Part shown: positions 42,725 to 52,735 of the stretch, piece by piece
Position numbering within the stretch: the first letter of the stretch is position 1
How the letters are laid out: each line of letters opens with the position of its first letter
IMG/VR virus record: IMGVR_UViG_3300017978_000296
Span: 1-62,982 of that record
Source: a virus
DNA: 62,982 bases
Strand: one strand, 5' to 3'
Notes under the pieces: generated by a model
What the model was told of the DNA's origin: nothing
What the model saw: the letters and a program-made list of their open reading frames with translations, nothing else
Databases searched by the model: none
Made by a program: the position numbers and the translations under genes

Positions 42725-45700
42725 TTAGTTGGCGGTCTGCTCTTGCACGAATTGGCGGTTCTGGGTGTTGAACTGAACGCCACCTGAGGTATTGCGCTCA
42801 CGCTTGGCCTGCTCCTGCGGGGCCTTCATCAGCGTGGACAGCGGCTGGGGTTTGAACCCGGCTTCCTTGCGGCTCGCCTGGAGGCGCTGCCACTTCTCGA
42901 TGGCGGCGCGGCGGGCCTCGGAGTCGTTGCCCCGCACGGCGCGGCTGTACTCGTTCTTGATCTTGGACGCCTTGCTCTCGAAGGCTTCCTTGTTGTCGAA
43001 GGCGATCTGACGGTCGAAGCGGCGCTCAGCCACAGCGGAGGTCGGCCAGCCGACAGCTTTGGCAAAGGTCTCCCAGGTGCTGATCTCGTCAGCACTCACC
43101 AGCACGTCGCCGCGTCGGTTGGTCTCGCCCTGGTATGCCTCCACACCTGCCTTGATTGCCTGGGATACACCGATGGGTGCCAAGCCCAGCAGGCCGCGGT
43201 AGTAGTCGCCATCCTTGATGTCGCCCAGACCTTGGAACACGCGAGCACCCAGACCGCCGGTTGCACCCAGCGTCAGGCCCACTGCGATGGCGTTGAAGCC
43301 CTCGCGGCTCGCCTCGAAGTCCGTGTAGGGCAGGATGGACAGGGCGTTGCCCATGCCGAGCTTGCCGGACAGGTCCGCACCAGCCAAGGTTGGAGCCCCG
43401 CGCATCACCAGGCGGGCGAAGTCGCCACCACCCAGCATCTTGCGCAGCTCGTTCTCGAGGTTGTACGGCTCGTCGTCGTCACCGAAGGCGTCCGCCAGCT
43501 TGTTGATGATGAACGCCGCAGCGGCAAAGCCAGGCAGGCCCACGACGCCAGCCAGCACACCGGTGTGAGCCAGGGTGTAGGTCAGAATCTTGCGGGCTGC
43601 GGCACGCTCTGCCTTGGACGCACCCTTGAACGAGTTGTAGACCAGCTTCGTCAGCAGCGTGAGCTGGATCAACTGGAACTTGCGGAACTGCAAGGCCACC
43701 TTGCCGCCCGGCGTGTTGAACAGGCGCGGCGCGTTGATGCGGCTGTAGTCGCCGTGGGTCTGGCCAATCACTTGGTCGGCGTACTCGAGCGCCTGGGCGG
43801 GCGTGCTGCCAGCCTTGATCTCCAAGCGGTATGCGGCCAGCGCCGTGGACACGCGGTTCACGGCTTCGACCTTCTGGGACAGTGAGCGCAAGAACTGATC
43901 GGTGCGGTTGGCTGTCTTGCCCACCACGTTGTCGCCCTCCAGCTTGACCTGACCCAGCTCAGTGTCCATGCCGATGTCGATGCGACCGCGGTCGACCAAC
44001 TTCAGGACCATGTCCTGCTCGTCCTTGTCCTTGGACACCTTAGTGAAGTCGAAGCCCTCGCCCAGCTTGGCGCTCTTGAGCAAGTCACCCAGTTGGAAGT
44101 ACGCCCGCATGAGCTGGCCGGAGGCATCCGTCCAGTTGTGCTTACCCGTCATGAACGGCAACGACAGCACGAACGGCTGCGTCAAGTTCTGGAGGTAGTA
44201 CATGGGGTTCGTGGCCAGCATCCAGATGGATGTGACCCGCGAGGTGTTGGCTGCCACATCGAACCAGCCGCCCTGCTCGTAGCGCATGGACTGGGTGTGA
44301 CGCGCCATGATTTCCTTGAACGCGTCCGACTTCTCGAGCTGGTTGCCGCCCTCTTTGGCCTGCTGTCGCATTTTTACAACAGCTTCTTGCGTCTGCGGGT
44401 TGTACTTCGCGCTGGCCAGGAAGTGGGCGTCGGCCCGCCCCTGGGTGCTGAAGGAGCGCAGCATGTCGATCTCACCGGCGACACCACGGCGGCGCATCTC
44501 GGACTTGCGGGCGGAGTTCTCGGCCAGCGACTGGAGGTAGAGCTCGGCCACGGTCTCACGCGCTGCACGCAGCGCTGCGATCTCCTTGGGCTCGGTGGCG
44601 TTGTTGAGCTCCGACTCGATGTTGCCGCGCAGCTTGTTGAAGGCGTCCATGAGGCCGCCATACATGTCACCGCGTGCGTCTTCCTTGGCGCGGGCAGACA
44701 CCTCGGAGAAGGAGCCCTGCTCGTTGAGCTGACGCTCGAGCTCGAGCGCAGATGCGCGGCTCTCGGCAAACGACACATGGTAGTGGTCGGGGTCCGACTC
44801 CATCTTCGTGCGCTCGGAGGGCGCGGCGTCCAAGTAAGCCTGGGACTTGCCGATCACGACGAAGTCGCCGAAGCGGCGCATGGGCGCGTAGGGGTTGAAC
44901 TCCGTGGTGGCGAACAGGCGCTGGAACTGCTTGAGGCTTGCGGCCTTGTCGTTCTCCAAGCGCGTGACCTTGTTGGTCTCACCGCGCTGCTTGGCGTCGG
45001 CGATCAGGGCGTCGTACTCGGAGTTGGTGGACGCGATCAACGTGTCCTTCTTCATCTTGAGCATCTTGTCGCCGTGCTCGAGCACAGCGCTCACCCATGC
45101 CCGGGCTTCCTCGGGCAGCTCGTTGTTGTATCGCCGCTCCATGGCCGGATCGACCTTCACCTTGGAGGCGTCCTTGCCACGCCACTTAGGGGTAAACCCC
45201 CACTTGTTCTCGCGGGTCGAGTCGTAGAGGAATTGGTTGGCGCTGCGAGGGCCAGTGCCCTTGGCCGACTCGGGGATGCGGTTGTACAGGTTCTCGATGC
45301 GAGTGACCTCGCGCTCGATGTTGCCGGTCAGCGCTGCGCGTTCGCGGTAGATGCGGTCCATGTCCATGGCCGCACGCAGACCCATCTTGGATGCCCGCTT
45401 GAACAGGTCCTCGCTGAAGACGATCTTGTTGAGCGCAGCGTCCGCGCCCGTGCGCAGCGTGCGGGTTAGGAGGTTGACTTCTTTCTTGGCGATGGTGGGG
45501 ACAGCTTTGCTCCGGCTTGCGCGGAGAACGCTTCCTTGGCCAGCGGCCCCATCTTGAACTTGTCCTGGCTGAGCACCTTGCCGGGCACCCGCTTGGCTGT
45601 AGTTGGTTTGCTTGATTTCTGCATTGACGCGCTCCAGGAATGTGGCGGTGGTCGGCAGGTTTTCCTGCAACCACTCCATGCCACCGAATGTGTTTGAGAA

Positions 45701-48700
45701 CGCCCAAACCTGGGCAAAGACTTCCTCACGAAGCTCCCGTGCGGACATTTTACGGTTCTCGGGGTCGCTCATATCCAGTGGGTACTGGAGCAGTTGCGAC
45801 AGACCCGAGTCGTAGTCCTCGAAGTGGGTCAGGATTTCGTCCATGGCGGTGCCCGGACGCATGGCCATCGGCATGCCGTTGACCAGTTGGACCCGCATCT
45901 CGCGGTCGCCTGAGAACTTGCCGCCATCCTGCACGCCGTCGGCGGCGTGGCCAACCTCGTGCATCACGGCGAGGATGCCGATCTCACGAATCTTCATGGC
46001 GTCGTGGCTGAGCACGATGGTCGGCTTGCCGTCCATGACGGTGTAAATGGCGTCCCAGCTCACCGGGTCGAGCGTGACCTGCCAGGACTGAACGGCATCG
46101 AGCGTGTTGCCAAGGCCCGTGTCACGCAGGCGAGTGATCGCCACGTTCACAGATGGGTAGTGCCCGGTCAGCTCATCAAGGCTGGCCTCTACCGACTCGA
46201 ACTGGTTTCCGAACTGGTCGGCGCTGCGGAAGCGGCTGCGACTTTGGCGGGCAAATGGCGGCGCATCGTTCGTGCGACCCATCAGTTCTTGCAAGCCCAA
46301 CTCATCCTTCAACTTAGGCTTGCCGTTCGTGCGATCAGCCAGCTCGGTCAGGTAGCCGCGCTCGTTGTCCGTCAGGTCCTCGTAAGCGACCAGCTCGGTG
46401 TTGGACTTGCGCAAGCCATCCCACAGGGTTTGGCCGCTGTCTTGTTTGGGGGCGGCCTCGGCCTTCTTTTGCGCGACCTTCTTCGGTGCGGGAGTCTTCG
46501 CCTCGGCCTTCTTGGCCTTGCCCTTCTCCAACGCAGCCGCCACTTTCTCAAACATGGCCATGACCTGGGCGTTCATCTCGGCGACTTCAGCCTCGGCCTC
46601 CTCCAAGGTCAGCTTGCGATTCTTGGTGGCAACAGTGTCCTGACCAGCATCGCGGGCAGCTTCAATCGCCTCTTCCATCTCCCGAGCCTTCTCGGAGAGC
46701 TCGAATGCGCTCTGGGTGTCGCCAGCAGCCTTCTCCTCGAGCGAGACGTACTCGCTGGAGGCCGCGGCGATTTCCTTGGTCAGTTCATCTACTCGCGCCT
46801 CATCGCCAATTTCTTCAGCCGCCGCGAGCGCATCCTGCAAACCATCGAGCTTGGCCTTGGCCTGGCGGGTCTGGACCTTGGCACCCTTGGGAACCGTGTC
46901 CTTCCAGTTGGATGTGGAGGCACCCTCGCTGTCGACGGTGGAGAAGCCCGCAGCACCCAGGTCGGTCTGGGCCTGATCGCCCAGCACACCAACACCTTCG
47001 GAGACCATCGTCTCGCCGGTGTCCGCTTCTTCCTGCGGCGCAGCAGCGCTGGACTGCTCGGCCAACTTGGCCATCATGTTGCGCAGGTACTCTTTGCTGA
47101 GCCCGTGCTCGCGCTCGGCCTTGGCGAACTTCTTCTCGCGCTCGGTTTGGCCAGTCCCGCCTTCACCGGCAAGCTGGGCCACGCGGCTACGGCTCACGCC
47201 GTGCTTGGTCGCAACGTCGGCGGCATCCATCTTCTCGACGAATACGTCATTGAGGATCGCGGCATCGCGCTCACCGAAGACCTTGACCAGGTCCGCACGA
47301 ATTTCGTCGGCGGTGGCTTTGGCCTCGGCGGCAGCAATGTCCTGAACCTCGTCCGCGGTGCGGCTGGGGGCCGCAGCCAGAATCTTGAACGGGTCGACTT
47401 TGGATGGCGGCGGTGCGCGGCGCAGGCCCTTTACAGGGGCAGGCTGTTGTACGTTGGCATCTGGTACAGGTGCAGCTTGCTGAGTTGCGGCTCCAGGATT
47501 TCCGGCATTACCACCCACTCCTTGGTCGACAGCAGCATTTCGTCCTGTATCGCCCACGCTTCCCGGAACGACAGGGCTCCGTCCATCCACGCTTGGTGCA
47601 GCGGTTCCGGCAGGTGTAGTTGCTTGGCTGACATTGGATTTCCCTTGTTGTTTTTTTGCAACAGGTGCGTCTGCAAGCGCAGGGGGCGTCTGGCCGGTGA
47701 GGCGCTCGTAGACCATGGCGATCTGGCCGAGCTTCACGTCACCTTCGTTCTTGCCAGCGGCCACCAGAGTGGCCACTTGGTCGTTCAGGATTTCGGCGGC
47801 ACGCGCCACCGAGTCCACGCCCTCGAGCTGGAGTTGCTTCAGCTTGCCAGCGACCGCATTGGCGATCTTCTTGGCATCGGGCACGCTGGTCTTGCCGCCC
47901 ATGTTCACCAGGTTCGCACCCAGGATGGCGGCGTTCAGTTGCTGCTGGTCTGGGGAGAGCTGCGCGTTCATGGCAGCGACTTCCTGCACGAGCTTGGCCA
48001 CCTGCGGCTGGCCGTAGACGCGAGCACCCAACACATCGTAGGTGTCGTTCATCGTGGCAACGGGCGTCACGCCCAGCGCCTGAGCGGTGCTGTCCAGGGT
48101 CTCCTGCGCGATCTGCTGTTCGCGGCGGGTAGTGGCTTCCTCCTGGGCCTTGAGCTCGCCCAACTGCATCTGCTGGAGTTCACCCGCGGTGAGCTCGCGC
48201 TCGATACCGGTGGCCGGGTCCTGGGTGAACTGCCCGCTGGGCTCGTTGAACGCCTCCAAGAACTGCTTCTCGTAGTCGCGCAGCGGCGTGCGCTGGAGAC
48301 CGAGGTTCTGGTTGATGCGACCCTGCAAGGGGTCCATCTCGGTCGTCAGGTTGTACTGAGGCGGGTTGGCCTGGCCAGTCAGATCGAACTGGCCTTCGTC
48401 TACTGTGCGGGGGCGGCGAATACCGCCAGCGCCACCAAACACACCACCCAGCGCAGCACCGCCCACGAACGAATCGAGGTAGCGCTTGTTGGCTTCATCG
48501 TTGAACAGTGTCTCGTTGGGGTCTACGGCCATGCGACCGAAAGACTGGTTGACGAGCTCTTGGCCAGTCTCACCAATACCCTCACCGAGCGCCGTAACGC
48601 CAGCACCCGTGGCCATGCGGCGTGCAAGACCGCCCTGCCCTGTGGCCAGTGGACGCAGCCCGCGGGCGACCATACCTTCGACACCTAACGCGTTCAGCGC

Positions 48701-49327
48701 GGCGTAAGGAACACCACCAAGCGCAGCAGAGCCCAAGTCTTCACCGCCGGACTCACGCTGCGCGGAGAGCACATCACCCACAGCGCTGGGATACGACGCG
48801 GCAACCGCACCCGCAGTGCGTGCAGCCCCACGACCCAGGCCCACGCGAGCCGCAGTACCGGCAAGGCTGGCACCGCCCGTGATACCACCGACAACAGCTT
48901 CGCCCAGGTAGGGCAGCGATTGGGCAGCCAGGCCACCCAGGTAGTTCAGGCCAGAGCCAACACCATCGACCTCACGCCAGTCTTCGATGCCGCCCAAGTC
49001 ACGAGCGCGTTGCTGCGCATACTGCGCTGACTGCTGATTGCGGTCGCGCCTATCGTCCATGAAGCTCGCAACGCCATCGAGGCCTGCCCTGCGGGCCACA
49101 GCCCCACCCAGACCGAAAAGGTTGGACTGGTAGTTGTCGACGCCCGCAGAGATGCGGCTACCCGCCAGACCACGCCCCGCTCCGCTGTAACCCACTGCCT
49201 TAGCAAACTCATCGACCGAGCTGTAGTACTGCTGGTACTGAGGGAACGTCGCCCCAACGATCTCTTCATCCGTCAGGTTAGAAAGTCCGCCCGCAGCGGC
49301 TCGCAGCTCTTTGATTGTTGGCAGCAT
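42725..49327 (-). CDS. Giant internal-virion/ejection 'polyvalent' protein, 2,200 aa, with a zincin HExxH motif
   Basis: Track ORF with a Gly-rich N terminus and long coiled-coil/Ala-Lys-Glu linkers. VMHEVGHAADG lies at nt 45947-45961. An HTH-like segment DVATKHGVSRSRVAQLAG lies near nt 47160-47260. Confidence 0.9.
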   Translation of the reverse strand: MLPTIKELRAAAGGLSNLTDEEIVGATFPQYQQYYSSVDEFAKAVGYSGAGRGLAGSRISAGVDNYQSNLFGLGGAVARRAGLDGVASFMDDRRDRNQQSAQYAQQRARDLGGIEDWREVDGVGSGLNYLGGLAAQSLPYLGEAVVGGITGGASLAGTAARVGLGRGAARTAGAVAASYPSAVGDVLSAQRESGGEDLGSAALGGVPYAALNALGVEGMVARGLRPLATGQGGLARRMATGAGVTALGEGIGETGQELVNQSFGRMAVDPNETLFNDEANKRYLDSFVGGAALGGVFGGAGGIRRPRTVDEGQFDLTGQANPPQYNLTTEMDPLQGRINQNLGLQRTPLRDYEKQFLEAFNEPSGQFTQDPATGIERELTAGELQQMQLGELKAQEEATTRREQQIAQETLDSTAQALGVTPVATMNDTYDVLGARVYGQPQVAKLVQEVAAMNAQLSPDQQQLNAAILGANLVNMGGKTSVPDAKKIANAVAGKLKQLQLEGVDSVARAAEILNDQVATLVAAGKNEGDVKLGQIAMVYERLTGQTPPALADAPVAKKQQGKSNVSQATTPAGTAAPSVDGRSPVVPGSVGDTGRNAAVDQGVGGNAGNPGAATQQAAPVPDANVQQPAPVKGLRRAPPPSKVDPFKILAAAPSRTADEVQDIAAAEAKATADEIRADLVKVFGERDAAILNDVFVEKMDAADVATKHGVSRSRVAQLAGEGGTGQTEREKKFAKAEREHGLSKEYLRNMMAKLAEQSSAAAPQEEADTGETMVSEGVGVLGDQAQTDLGAAGFSTVDSEGASTSNWKDTVPKGAKVQTRQAKAKLDGLQDALAAAEEIGDEARVDELTKEIAAASSEYVSLEEKAAGDTQSAFELSEKAREMEEAIEAARDAGQDTVATKNRKLTLEEAEAEVAEMNAQVMAMFEKVAAALEKGKAKKAEAKTPAPKKVAQKKAEAAPKQDSGQTLWDGLRKSNTELVAYEDLTDNERGYLTELADRTNGKPKLKDELGLQELMGRTNDAPPFARQSRSRFRSADQFGNQFESVEASLDELTGHYPSVNVAITRLRDTGLGNTLDAVQSWQVTLDPVSWDAIYTVMDGKPTIVLSHDAMKIREIGILAVMHEVGHAADGVQDGGKFSGDREMRVQLVNGMPMAMRPGTAMDEILTHFEDYDSGLSQLLQYPLDMSDPENRKMSARELREEVFAQVWAFSNTFGGMEWLQENLPTTATFLERVNAEIKQTNYSQAGARQGAQPGQVQDGAAGQGSVLRASRSKAVPTIAKKEVNLLTRTLRTGADAALNKIVFSEDLFKRASKMGLRAAMDMDRIYRERAALTGNIEREVTRIENLYNRIPESAKGTGPRSANQFLYDSTRENKWGFTPKWRGKDASKVKVDPAMERRYNNELPEEARAWVSAVLEHGDKMLKMKKDTLIASTNSEYDALIADAKQRGETNKVTRLENDKAASLKQFQRLFATTEFNPYAPMRRFGDFVVIGKSQAYLDAAPSERTKMESDPDHYHVSFAESRASALELERQLNEQGSFSEVSARAKEDARGDMYGGLMDAFNKLRGNIESELNNATEPKEIAALRAARETVAELYLQSLAENSARKSEMRRRGVAGEIDMLRSFSTQGRADAHFLASAKYNPQTQEAVVKMRQQAKEGGNQLEKSDAFKEIMARHTQSMRYEQGGWFDVAANTSRVTSIWMLATNPMYYLQNLTQPFVLSLPFMTGKHNWTDASGQLMRAYFQLGDLLKSAKLGEGFDFTKVSKDKDEQDMVLKLVDRGRIDIGMDTELGQVKLEGDNVVGKTANRTDQFLRSLSQKVEAVNRVSTALAAYRLEIKAGSTPAQALEYADQVIGQTHGDYSRINAPRLFNTPGGKVALQFRKFQLIQLTLLTKLVYNSFKGASKAERAAARKILTYTLAHTGVLAGVVGLPGFAAAAFIINKLADAFGDDDEPYNLENELRKMLGGGDFARLVMRGAPTLAGADLSGKLGMGNALSILPYTDFEASREGFNAIAVGLTLGATGGLGARVFQGLGDIKDGDYYRGLLGLAPIGVSQAIKAGVEAYQGETNRRGDVLVSADEISTWETFAKAVGWPTSAVAERRFDRQIAFDNKEAFESKASKIKNEYSRAVRGNDSEARRAAIEKWQRLQASRKEAGFKPQPLSTLMKAPQEQAKRERNTSGGVQFNTQNRQFVQEQTAN

Positions 49328-49368
49328 GTTGTAGGCCCGATCTGAAATCTGTTAGCGAGTATATGGGG

Positions 49369-50991
49369 TCAATACCCCCTTTGAGCGTTTCGCTGGTCAA
49401 GAATGCTGCGGTACAAGCCCAAGTCGCTTTCGAGCTGGCCGATGCGGTCCTCGAGGTTGCCTCGCTCACCAGCAGAACTGGTCAGAGGTAGCGAGCGGCG
49501 CAGCACTTCGAGCTGCTGCGTGATAGCTGGCACAGCCCTGGTGGCTTCGTCCGCGAGGGTGATGAACTGGTTGCGGTTGCCAGCGCTGTTGTCGGCACCG
49601 ATGGCGTTGCCCAGGCGCTGCTGCAAGCCCAGTGGTGCGGCAGGTGCGGCAGGTGCGGCAGCACCAGGCTTGGGGCCAGCCTTCTTGTCGTTGAGCGCCT
49701 TGAGTTGGTCCGCCACAGCGTTGGTAGGCGCGGTCAGCCCGTAGAGCTGGTCCGTCGCCATGCGGGCCTTGACTGGGTCGCCGTATACCTCGTTGAACTT
49801 GGCCATGGTCTCGGCGTATGCCTTGGGGTCAACATCGCGCTTGACGGAGCCCCGCTTCAGCGCCTCGATGGCGGTCGGCACATCCTTGAACGTGCCTGCC
49901 TTGACCAAGCGTTCTGCCTCTGCCGTGAGCGCCACGATGGGCGGCTGGTTGGCACGGTTGTATGAGCCGATCTGCGCATCTGCGACTCGGCCACGAATGC
50001 CGACTTCCTGACCCAGCAGGCGCAGTCGAGCAGCGTCATTGTCAATGCTGCCCTGTTTGGCCTTAGCGTCGTTGTTGACCCGGACAGTGTCGAGCGTCTG
50101 CTTGTTGTACTTGTCGACGATGGCGCTGATGTTGTCATCCACGCCGGTGAGGTACTTGAGCGCCTCAGCGCCCATGCCCTTGGCTGCCAGTTGTTGGCCG
50201 ACCACGAGCTTGCGCCCCACGGCCAGCGGCACAGAGAACGACTTACCGATCTCGCCTGTCTGGGGGTTGCGCTCAGCCATCAAGAACCCGCCCTTGGTGG
50301 AGCCGGTCACAAGCAGTGGCAGGTCAGACTGGTTGGTGTTCAGGTACGAAGTCAGTGCGCCTCGGACGTCGGCCTCAGGCATCTTCAGCGCGTCGTCCTC
50401 AAGGGCCTGGACATTGTCGGCACGTACGCCTTGGCGCTCACCGCGCTCACTCGCTGCGACCTGGAGTTCGGCTGCACGCTGCTTGAGCGGCTGCGCTTGC
50501 TTCTCCCAGTCGAAGCGGGTGTCGTCGCGCTCGCCAGCCTTGATGGACTGCATGAGGCCCAGGCCTCGGATCGGATCGGTCTTGGACACAGCGCCAGCCA
50601 TGGCGCGGGCACGCAGGCCCTCCATGCGCTCGGGGGTCAACTGATCGGCGTCGTAGCGCTGGCCCAGGAAGTTAGCCACTCGGCGCTGCTGGATGCCTAC
50701 GTCTGCGGGCGTGACCATCTGGCCATCTGCGCCCTGCACCTGGAAGTTGCTGCGGATACCGTACTGGCCGCCGGGCTGCGCCTCGAGCGTGTAGTAGGGA
50801 TTACCCTGAGCGTCCTTCGCGTTGGCGATGGCGGCGAGCTGCTCGCCATCTTGAGCCGTGTAGCCGGAGAACTCTTCGGGCTTGGCCTTCTGGATGTCCT
50901 CGAACTCTTTGTTCTGGCGAGCAGTGTTGTACGTGTCCATCGCCGTCTTGGCGATCTGCTGCCCGAGGGCGAAGTTGCGTGCGAAGCTCAT
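49369..50991 (-). CDS. Internal virion protein, 540 aa
   Basis: Track ORF with an ATGA-type overlap to the upstream gene. Located in the ejection-protein block. Confidence 0.8.
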   Translation of the reverse strand: MSFARNFALGQQIAKTAMDTYNTARQNKEFEDIQKAKPEEFSGYTAQDGEQLAAIANAKDAQGNPYYTLEAQPGGQYGIRSNFQVQGADGQMVTPADVGIQQRRVANFLGQRYDADQLTPERMEGLRARAMAGAVSKTDPIRGLGLMQSIKAGERDDTRFDWEKQAQPLKQRAAELQVAASERGERQGVRADNVQALEDDALKMPEADVRGALTSYLNTNQSDLPLLVTGSTKGGFLMAERNPQTGEIGKSFSVPLAVGRKLVVGQQLAAKGMGAEALKYLTGVDDNISAIVDKYNKQTLDTVRVNNDAKAKQGSIDNDAARLRLLGQEVGIRGRVADAQIGSYNRANQPPIVALTAEAERLVKAGTFKDVPTAIEALKRGSVKRDVDPKAYAETMAKFNEVYGDPVKARMATDQLYGLTAPTNAVADQLKALNDKKAGPKPGAAAPAAPAAPLGLQQRLGNAIGADNSAGNRNQFITLADEATRAVPAITQQLEVLRRSLPLTSSAGERGNLEDRIGQLESDLGLYRSILDQRNAQRGY

Positions 50992-52040
50992 GCGTACTCT
51001 CCTTCGACTGCGACCATCTCCAGGCCCAGCATCGTGTAGTTGACCGCCAGGTATCCACTGTCCATGGTGACGACAGCGGCGGGATACTTGGCCAAGACCT
51101 CATCGGCCATTACGCCGCGGAAGCGTTGGGTGCCGTCGGTGTACCGGAACTCGTACAGGCTCAGACCAGTGCGGGCGTCTTCGCCCACATGGACGATGTC
51201 TGCCTTCAAGCGGCGGTCGGACTTTCCAAGGTATGCAGCACCGATCTGAGCGCCAGCGCCCAGGATCGAGGCGAATGGATCGGCTTCGTTGTTGATCTGC
51301 GCGGCACGCTGGCCAAGCGACGTGTACGCGCCCATACCCTGGATGCCTGCCGACATACCCTGGTTGAACGAACCGGCAGCCGCGTTGTTCGCGTTGAGGA
51401 ACGAGCTGCCTGCGTTGGTCATGCCAGCACCAGACTGATTGCCCGTGCTCATGGAGTTCATGGCGAGCCCAGCGCTCGTGTTGCCCAGGCCTGCGAGGCC
51501 GCGCATGCCGCCGTACATCTGCATCTTGGAGGACAGGCCAACCTGATCGGCAGCCATCCGGGTCTTGTTGGCGGCGTTGGCCATGGCCTTGGCCTGCTCG
51601 AAGCCCATCGCGTTACCCATGGCCATCGACCTGCCGGAGTTAGGGTTAACCCCCATGCGGGCGAGACCGCGGCGCTGCTGCTCGGCGGCACCACTAAAAC
51701 CGCTCTGCACATCCGCCATGGCGGAGGCGACCTGCTGGTTCTTGTAGCCCGCACTGTCGAAGCGGTTGACGTCTTGCAGGAGCTGGTCCTCGAACGGGAT
51801 GCCGACGTTGCGGTACCGGTTGTCGTTGAACCGCATGCTCTCGAGCTGGTAGTCGCTCAAGGCCCCCGCTCGCTCGGCGTTGCGGCGCGAAATACCCATG
51901 GCCTCTTCAGCAATACCACGCATCCACGGGCGGTCGTTGGCCTGGTAGTCCTCGAAGATTCGCTCGTTCAGCTCGATCTGCCGATTGGCTGCCTCGCCCA
52001 TGCGTGGATCGGGGGCTGGTGCGCTAGATTTTCCACCCAT
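50988..52040 (-). CDS. Gly/Ala/Met/Asn-rich virion protein with a C-terminal S74-type chaperone domain, 350 aa
   Basis: Track ORF. The C terminus SDRRLKADIVHVG...GVMADEV...AVNYTMLG spans nt 50988-51221. Confidence 0.8.
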   Translation of the reverse strand: MGGKSSAPAPDPRMGEAANRQIELNERIFEDYQANDRPWMRGIAEEAMGISRRNAERAGALSDYQLESMRFNDNRYRNVGIPFEDQLLQDVNRFDSAGYKNQQVASAMADVQSGFSGAAEQQRRGLARMGVNPNSGRSMAMGNAMGFEQAKAMANAANKTRMAADQVGLSSKMQMYGGMRGLAGLGNTSAGLAMNSMSTGNQSGAGMTNAGSSFLNANNAAAGSFNQGMSAGIQGMGAYTSLGQRAAQINNEADPFASILGAGAQIGAAYLGKSDRRLKADIVHVGEDARTGLSLYEFRYTDGTQRFRGVMADEVLAKYPAAVVTMDSGYLAVNYTMLGLEMVAVEGEYA

Positions 52041-52041
52041 A

Positions 52042-52458
52042 TCAGTTCTCCAAGTACCGGCAGTCCTCGCGCCGCATTACGTACAAAATCACGTCGCCGC
52101 CATCCGAGGCGGCTTCTTGCAAGACGGCCTCCTGACGGAACCCGAGGTGCTCGTCGAATTTGCGGGCGTCGGCGTTGCTCGCCTCTACATAACCGCTAAC
52201 TCTTTTGCAGCCCAACTCCACGAACGGGTAGTGGAAGCAGTACCGCAGAAATTCTTTGTTGAGCCACTTTTTGCCAGGCTCGGCTGCAACGTGCATCCAG
52301 ATGTTGTGGTGGTTGAAGCCCTCATACAGGACCCCAGCCACCAACTCGCCGTCGCGCTCCAACCCCAGGCCCTTCATGCCTGCCACCAGGTTCACGGGCA
52401 TGCGCTCTTGGCAGAACGCAAACACCCGGGCGGGGTCGGAGACGACGCGAGTGGACAT
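52042..52458 (-). CDS. GNAT-family N-acetyltransferase-like protein, 138 aa
   Basis: Track ORF. VELGCKRVSGYVEASNADARKFDEHLGFR fits the GNAT motif A/B region. Confidence 0.65.
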   Translation of the reverse strand: MSTRVVSDPARVFAFCQERMPVNLVAGMKGLGLERDGELVAGVLYEGFNHHNIWMHVAAEPGKKWLNKEFLRYCFHYPFVELGCKRVSGYVEASNADARKFDEHLGFRQEAVLQEAASDGGDVILYVMRREDCRYLEN

Positions 52459-52691
52459 CAGACGTCGATGGTGATCTCGTCCGCCGCAGGGGCTGCGTCG
52501 GCAGCTTTCTTGCGGGTGGTCTTGGTGGTCTCGGTCTTGATGACCGCATCGTCGATCTCAGCCATGGCCAAGCCTTCGGCGGATGGGTAGAACTCGCCAT
52601 TGCGGAACTGACCCATGCTCTTGTGTTTCAGAACCAGATCACCGCCTACGGCTTGTGCGCCCATGGCGACCAGTTTGTCGAGTGTTGACAT
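52458..52691 (-). CDS. Hypothetical protein, 77 aa
   Basis: Track ORF with an AGGAG RBS. Its stop overlaps the next start. Confidence 0.65.
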   Translation of the reverse strand: MSTLDKLVAMGAQAVGGDLVLKHKSMGQFRNGEFYPSAEGLAMAEIDDAVIKTETTKTTRKKAADAAPAADEITIDV

Positions 52692-52735
52692 GTTTTACTC
52701 CTATGTGTTAACAGGCATTATTATGCCCGGGGCTG

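Noticed and set aside
45947-48688. 913-aa plus-strand ORF and other very long antisense ORFs (e.g. 34580..35995-, 31154..32416-, 57544..59514+, 13087..14361+, 8496..9569+)
   Set aside because: These are typical high-GC antisense shadow ORFs opposite well-supported genes. Their composition is R/G/H/V/L-rich, with no motifs and no start signals.
42725-49327. N4-like virion RNA polymerase
   Set aside because: No T7-like RNAP motifs (DxSCSGxQH-type motif A, or an HDS/HDA motif C in the appropriate context) were seen. The composition and the HExxH motif fit an ejection/polyvalent protein better.
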